A DNA stretch of 64,000 nt from Alphaproteobacteria bacterium. GTDB taxonomy: Bacteria > Pseudomonadota > Alphaproteobacteria > UBA828 > JAPUJA01. The translations under genes and the position numbers were made by a program. The notes beneath the pieces were generated by a model. The model was not told the DNA's origin. It saw only the letters and a list, made by a program, of their open reading frames with translations, and searched no databases. The stretch spans positions 75,284-139,283 of the forward strand of contig CBDAPE010000019.1 of assembly GCA_965198325.1 (NCBI GenBank), read 5' to 3'. Below are positions 61,421 through 64,000 of this stretch, in pieces (the stretch's first letter is position 1; each line of letters opens with the position of its first letter).

Positions 61421-62370
61421 TCCGGGTGGCGCCCATTCATCTTGTCGTCGCGGCGTTGCTCGCGACGCTGGCGCACGGCGTCCTGCTGGTGTCGATCTCG
61501 CTGAAGTCTCGGCTGGAGGCCGAGCCGGAACCGGAATCGACAATCTATCTGGAGCTCGCCACCCTGAGCGGGACATTCGGCGAATTTGAGCCCTCCGCGC
61601 CGGCGGCCAACGATGAGAGTCTGCCGACGCCGGATCGAGCCGACCACGCAGAAGCATCTTCAGACCCCGTCGAATTCCCGGACCGTCCCCCGTTGGATGA
61701 CGTGTTCGCGAATGATGCGCCGCCACCCATGCCGCTGCCGCCGAGTCCGCCGATACAGGTCGACGAAACGAGACCGATACCCACACCGGTTGCCGTAGTG
61801 GAAACAGTGCTGCCAGTGGAAGCAGTGCTGCCAGTGGAAGCAGTGCCACCGGCGGAGGAAGAGCTACCACTGGCTCCGGAAACAACGCCCGATGTCCCGG
61901 ACATGCCAGTTCTGAAATTCCAGGTTTCGGAGCCCCCACCGGCTGCTGTACCCAAGCCAGGGCCAGTGAGCACCGCGGCGGAACAAGCACCGGTCGCGGA
62001 GCCGACGTCGCAACCGACTACAAGCACACCGGCCTTCATTTCGTCCGACACGGCACAGACGCCGGCGCGAGCGGGCGCGACAACGAAATATATCGGTGAT
62101 CTGTACCAGAGGCTCAATCGAGCCGCACGACGCGACTATCCATGGAAGTCGATAGAGCGACGCGAAGAAGGTGTGGTGCCTCTCAGGCTAACCGTCCTTG
62201 CCGGCGGCGAATTGGAATCGGTCGAAGTCGTCGATCGTAGTCAGGCGCCGGAACGGTTGATCGATGCCGCGGTTCGAGCGGTCCAAAGGTCCGCACCGTT
62301 TCCATCCTTCCCCTCGGAGATGGGCTCGGACTCGGAGACGTTCGATGTTCGAATTATCTACGAGCTCTGA
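61417..62370 (+). CDS. tonB: TonB energy transducer
   Basis: N-terminal TM with His (LAHGVLL), Pro-rich spacer, C-terminal YPWKSIERREEGVV...PFP domain. Confidence 0.82.
   Translation: MIRVAPIHLVVAALLATLAHGVLLVSISLKSRLEAEPEPESTIYLELATLSGTFGEFEPSAPAANDESLPTPDRADHAEASSDPVEFPDRPPLDDVFANDAPPPMPLPPSPPIQVDETRPIPTPVAVVETVLPVEAVLPVEAVPPAEEELPLAPETTPDVPDMPVLKFQVSEPPPAAVPKPGPVSTAAEQAPVAEPTSQPTTSTPAFISSDTAQTPARAGATTKYIGDLYQRLNRAARRDYPWKSIERREEGVVPLRLTVLAGGELESVEVVDRSQAPERLIDAAVRAVQRSAPFPSFPSEMGSDSETFDVRIIYEL
61798..61851 (+). repeat. 18-bp tandem repeat x3 in tonB spacer (VETVLP VEAVLP VEAVPP)
   Basis: GTGGAA(A/G)CAGTGC(T/C)(G/A)CC(A/G) repeated three times. Confidence 0.85.
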
Positions 62371-62426
62371 TAAAGCGGGCGCCGATCTGCCGGCCGCGCA
62401 CCATTTTCTCGCCTGTTCCTCCCATG

Positions 62427-62556
62427 GACATTGTCAAGTTAACTGATTGCAGGCTGTTTTCGGCATTTCTCCATGAGGCTAAACCATTGAAATTGCGTAG
62501 AGCAGCCATCGACAATTTACCGAGACTTCGGAGTGAATTTGGTTAACTTGACAAAG
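62427..62556. mobile_element. About 130-bp MITE with IS6-like terminal inverted repeats
   Basis: GACATTGTCAAGTTAAC ... GTTAACTTGACAAAG (13-bp perfect IR core), non-coding interior. Confidence 0.6.
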
Positions 62557-63240
62557 TGTCAATGGCAGCCGAGAATTACGCACTTTTGGCAATCGAAAAT
62601 TACTCACTTCGAGCGCGCGGTCGTACCCCCAGACACGGTGTTGGGGGTGTCTAACTCGGTGTAGCTGTGGGTAACCGGGTTGGCGCAGCGACCGCCAAGA
62701 CTCAGGCGGCGGCAACCCGGTTATCCACAACGGGCGGCCGTCACCGTACCCGTTTCCGTTTTGGCCGGCGATCACGACGCGGCCCTCTTACGGCGTCGAT
62801 CCGAGCCGGACTGCAGTAGGTTCTGATGATCCTTCATCCGGTAGCTGTTGCCCCGGATGTTGACGATGTGGCAGTGGTGCACCAGCCGGTCGATGAGGGC
62901 CGCTGCCATCACCTCGTCGCCGAGCACACCGCCCCATTCCTCGAAGCCCTTGTTCGACGTCAGCACGCTCGAGGCCCTCTCGTGGCGGGCGTTGATGAGC
63001 TGGAAGAAGAGCACGGCGCCGTCCTGGTTGACCGGCAGGTAGCCGATCTCGTCAACCACGAGCAGGGCCGGGTGCGTCAGCACGCGCAGCCGGCGGGACA
63101 GGTTGCCGGCGGCCTTGGCCTCGGTGAGGGATTCGATCAGCCCCGCCAGGGTCCCGTAGTAGACGCGGCGACCGGACTGCGTCGCCGCGATCGCCAGGCT
63201 GATCGCCAGATGAGTCTTTCCCACGCCGGGCGGCCCGAGG
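62557..63240 (-). mobile_element. istB: Right-end remnant of a third IS21-family element with 5'-truncated istB (62772-63240)
   Basis: End TGTCAATGGCAG at 62557; GPPGVGKTHLA, VVDEIGYLP, TSNK. Confidence 0.82.
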
Positions 63241-63351
63241 CTGTGTCTCGAAAGTGGTGGAAATTGGTTTTGGCGCCTCTCCGAGCGGGTTGAGTTTTGC
63301 GGCGGTCAGGCTGCGCGGTCAAGGGTTTCGTCGGCGATTAGCCGATCGAAG

Positions 63352-63774
63352 TGTTAACGGCGGAGGAATAATGCTCCACGCGGAACGGCCGGATGGTCCG
63401 GTCGCGGCGGCGCAAAAATGCGCCACCTATGGTCCCTTGTCTGTTTTGGCGAGGGGCGGGAGATGTACGGCGTGGAGCTCTATGCGGCGGTACGGCTGGC
63501 GGTTGTCGATGAGGGGTTGAGCCACCACGAGGCGGGGCGGCGGTTCGGCATCGAGCGCCGGACTGTGAAGAAGATGCTGAGCTATGCGGCGGCGCCGGGG
63601 TATCGGCGGACGAAGCCGGTACGGCGGCCGAAGCTGGACGGGTTCACCGGCATCGTCGACGCGATCCTGGAGGCGGACACGGATCCGGACGTGCCGCGCA
63701 AGCAGCGGCACACGGCGCATCGGATTTTCGAGCGTCTGCGGGACGAGAACGGGTTTTCCGGCGGCCACACGATC
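63352..63774 (+). mobile_element. istA: Left end and istA 5' fragment (63463-) of a fourth IS21-family element
   Basis: End TGTTAACGGCGGAGGAATAA; MYGVELYAAVRLAVVDEGLS...KQRHTAHRIFERLRDE; truncated near 63774. Confidence 0.8.
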
Positions 63775-64000
63775 CAGACCGTGTGAAAACTCTGGGTGGC
63801 GGGGATGGAGGTTTAGGTCACCATGATTTGAGGCGATCCCACGTAATCTGGCGGTTTGGCGCCGGCAGCCCCGCGGAAGGGGCTCGAGGCCTCCGTGGAT
63901 CGATGTGCAGCGCTCGATTTTGGCCAGACTCCCGTCTCACGCCCTCGCGGCGGCGATCAAGGCGGGAACACCTACCAGCGAGATCGCGCGGCGGATGTTG
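63775..64000 (-). mobile_element. End of an IS1182-like element; transposase C-terminus 63937-64000 runs off right edge
   Basis: End CAGACCGTGTGAAAACTC; minus-strand NIRRAISLVGVPALIAAARA*. Confidence 0.6.

Overview
High-GC (roughly 65%) bacterial DNA whose gene families look alphaproteobacterial. It has two parts. (1) About 1-46.8 kb is a catabolic region for N-rich and N-methylated compounds. It holds soxBD plus partial soxA, two hydantoinase/oxoprolinase A+B pairs, a creatinase-like M24 enzyme, xdhAB, a creatininase-family protein, a frameshifted CodA-like deaminase, upp and a BMP nucleoside-type ABC importer. It also holds DUF1989, two Rieske oxygenases, two glutamine-synthetase-like ligases (one with two in-frame stops), SDRs, a flavin reductase, ribB, a luciferase-like monooxygenase, an aldehyde dehydrogenase, a TcuA-like flavoprotein, a 2OG-Fe(II) oxygenase and IclR/LysR/GntR/XRE regulators. 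(2) About 46.9-64 kb is an IS-dense accessory region that starts at a tRNA-3'-end-like remnant. It contains a low-GC HEPN-motif gene, tandem decayed IS21 elements, co-oriented IS6 ends bracketing cargo genes (including an 18-aa-repeat secreted protein and a TonB-dependent receptor), an exbB-exbD-exbD-tonB module beside a 130-bp MITE, and nested IS21/IS1182 fragments. The best-supported observation is an intact IS1111-type IS110 element inserted into an IS6 transposase. Its ends, core, circle-junction promoter and target/donor-matching guide segments in the 3' non-coding (bridge/seek) RNA region can all be read from the sequence. No rRNA, intact tRNA or CRISPR array was seen. All family calls come from motif recognition by eye, not database searches.
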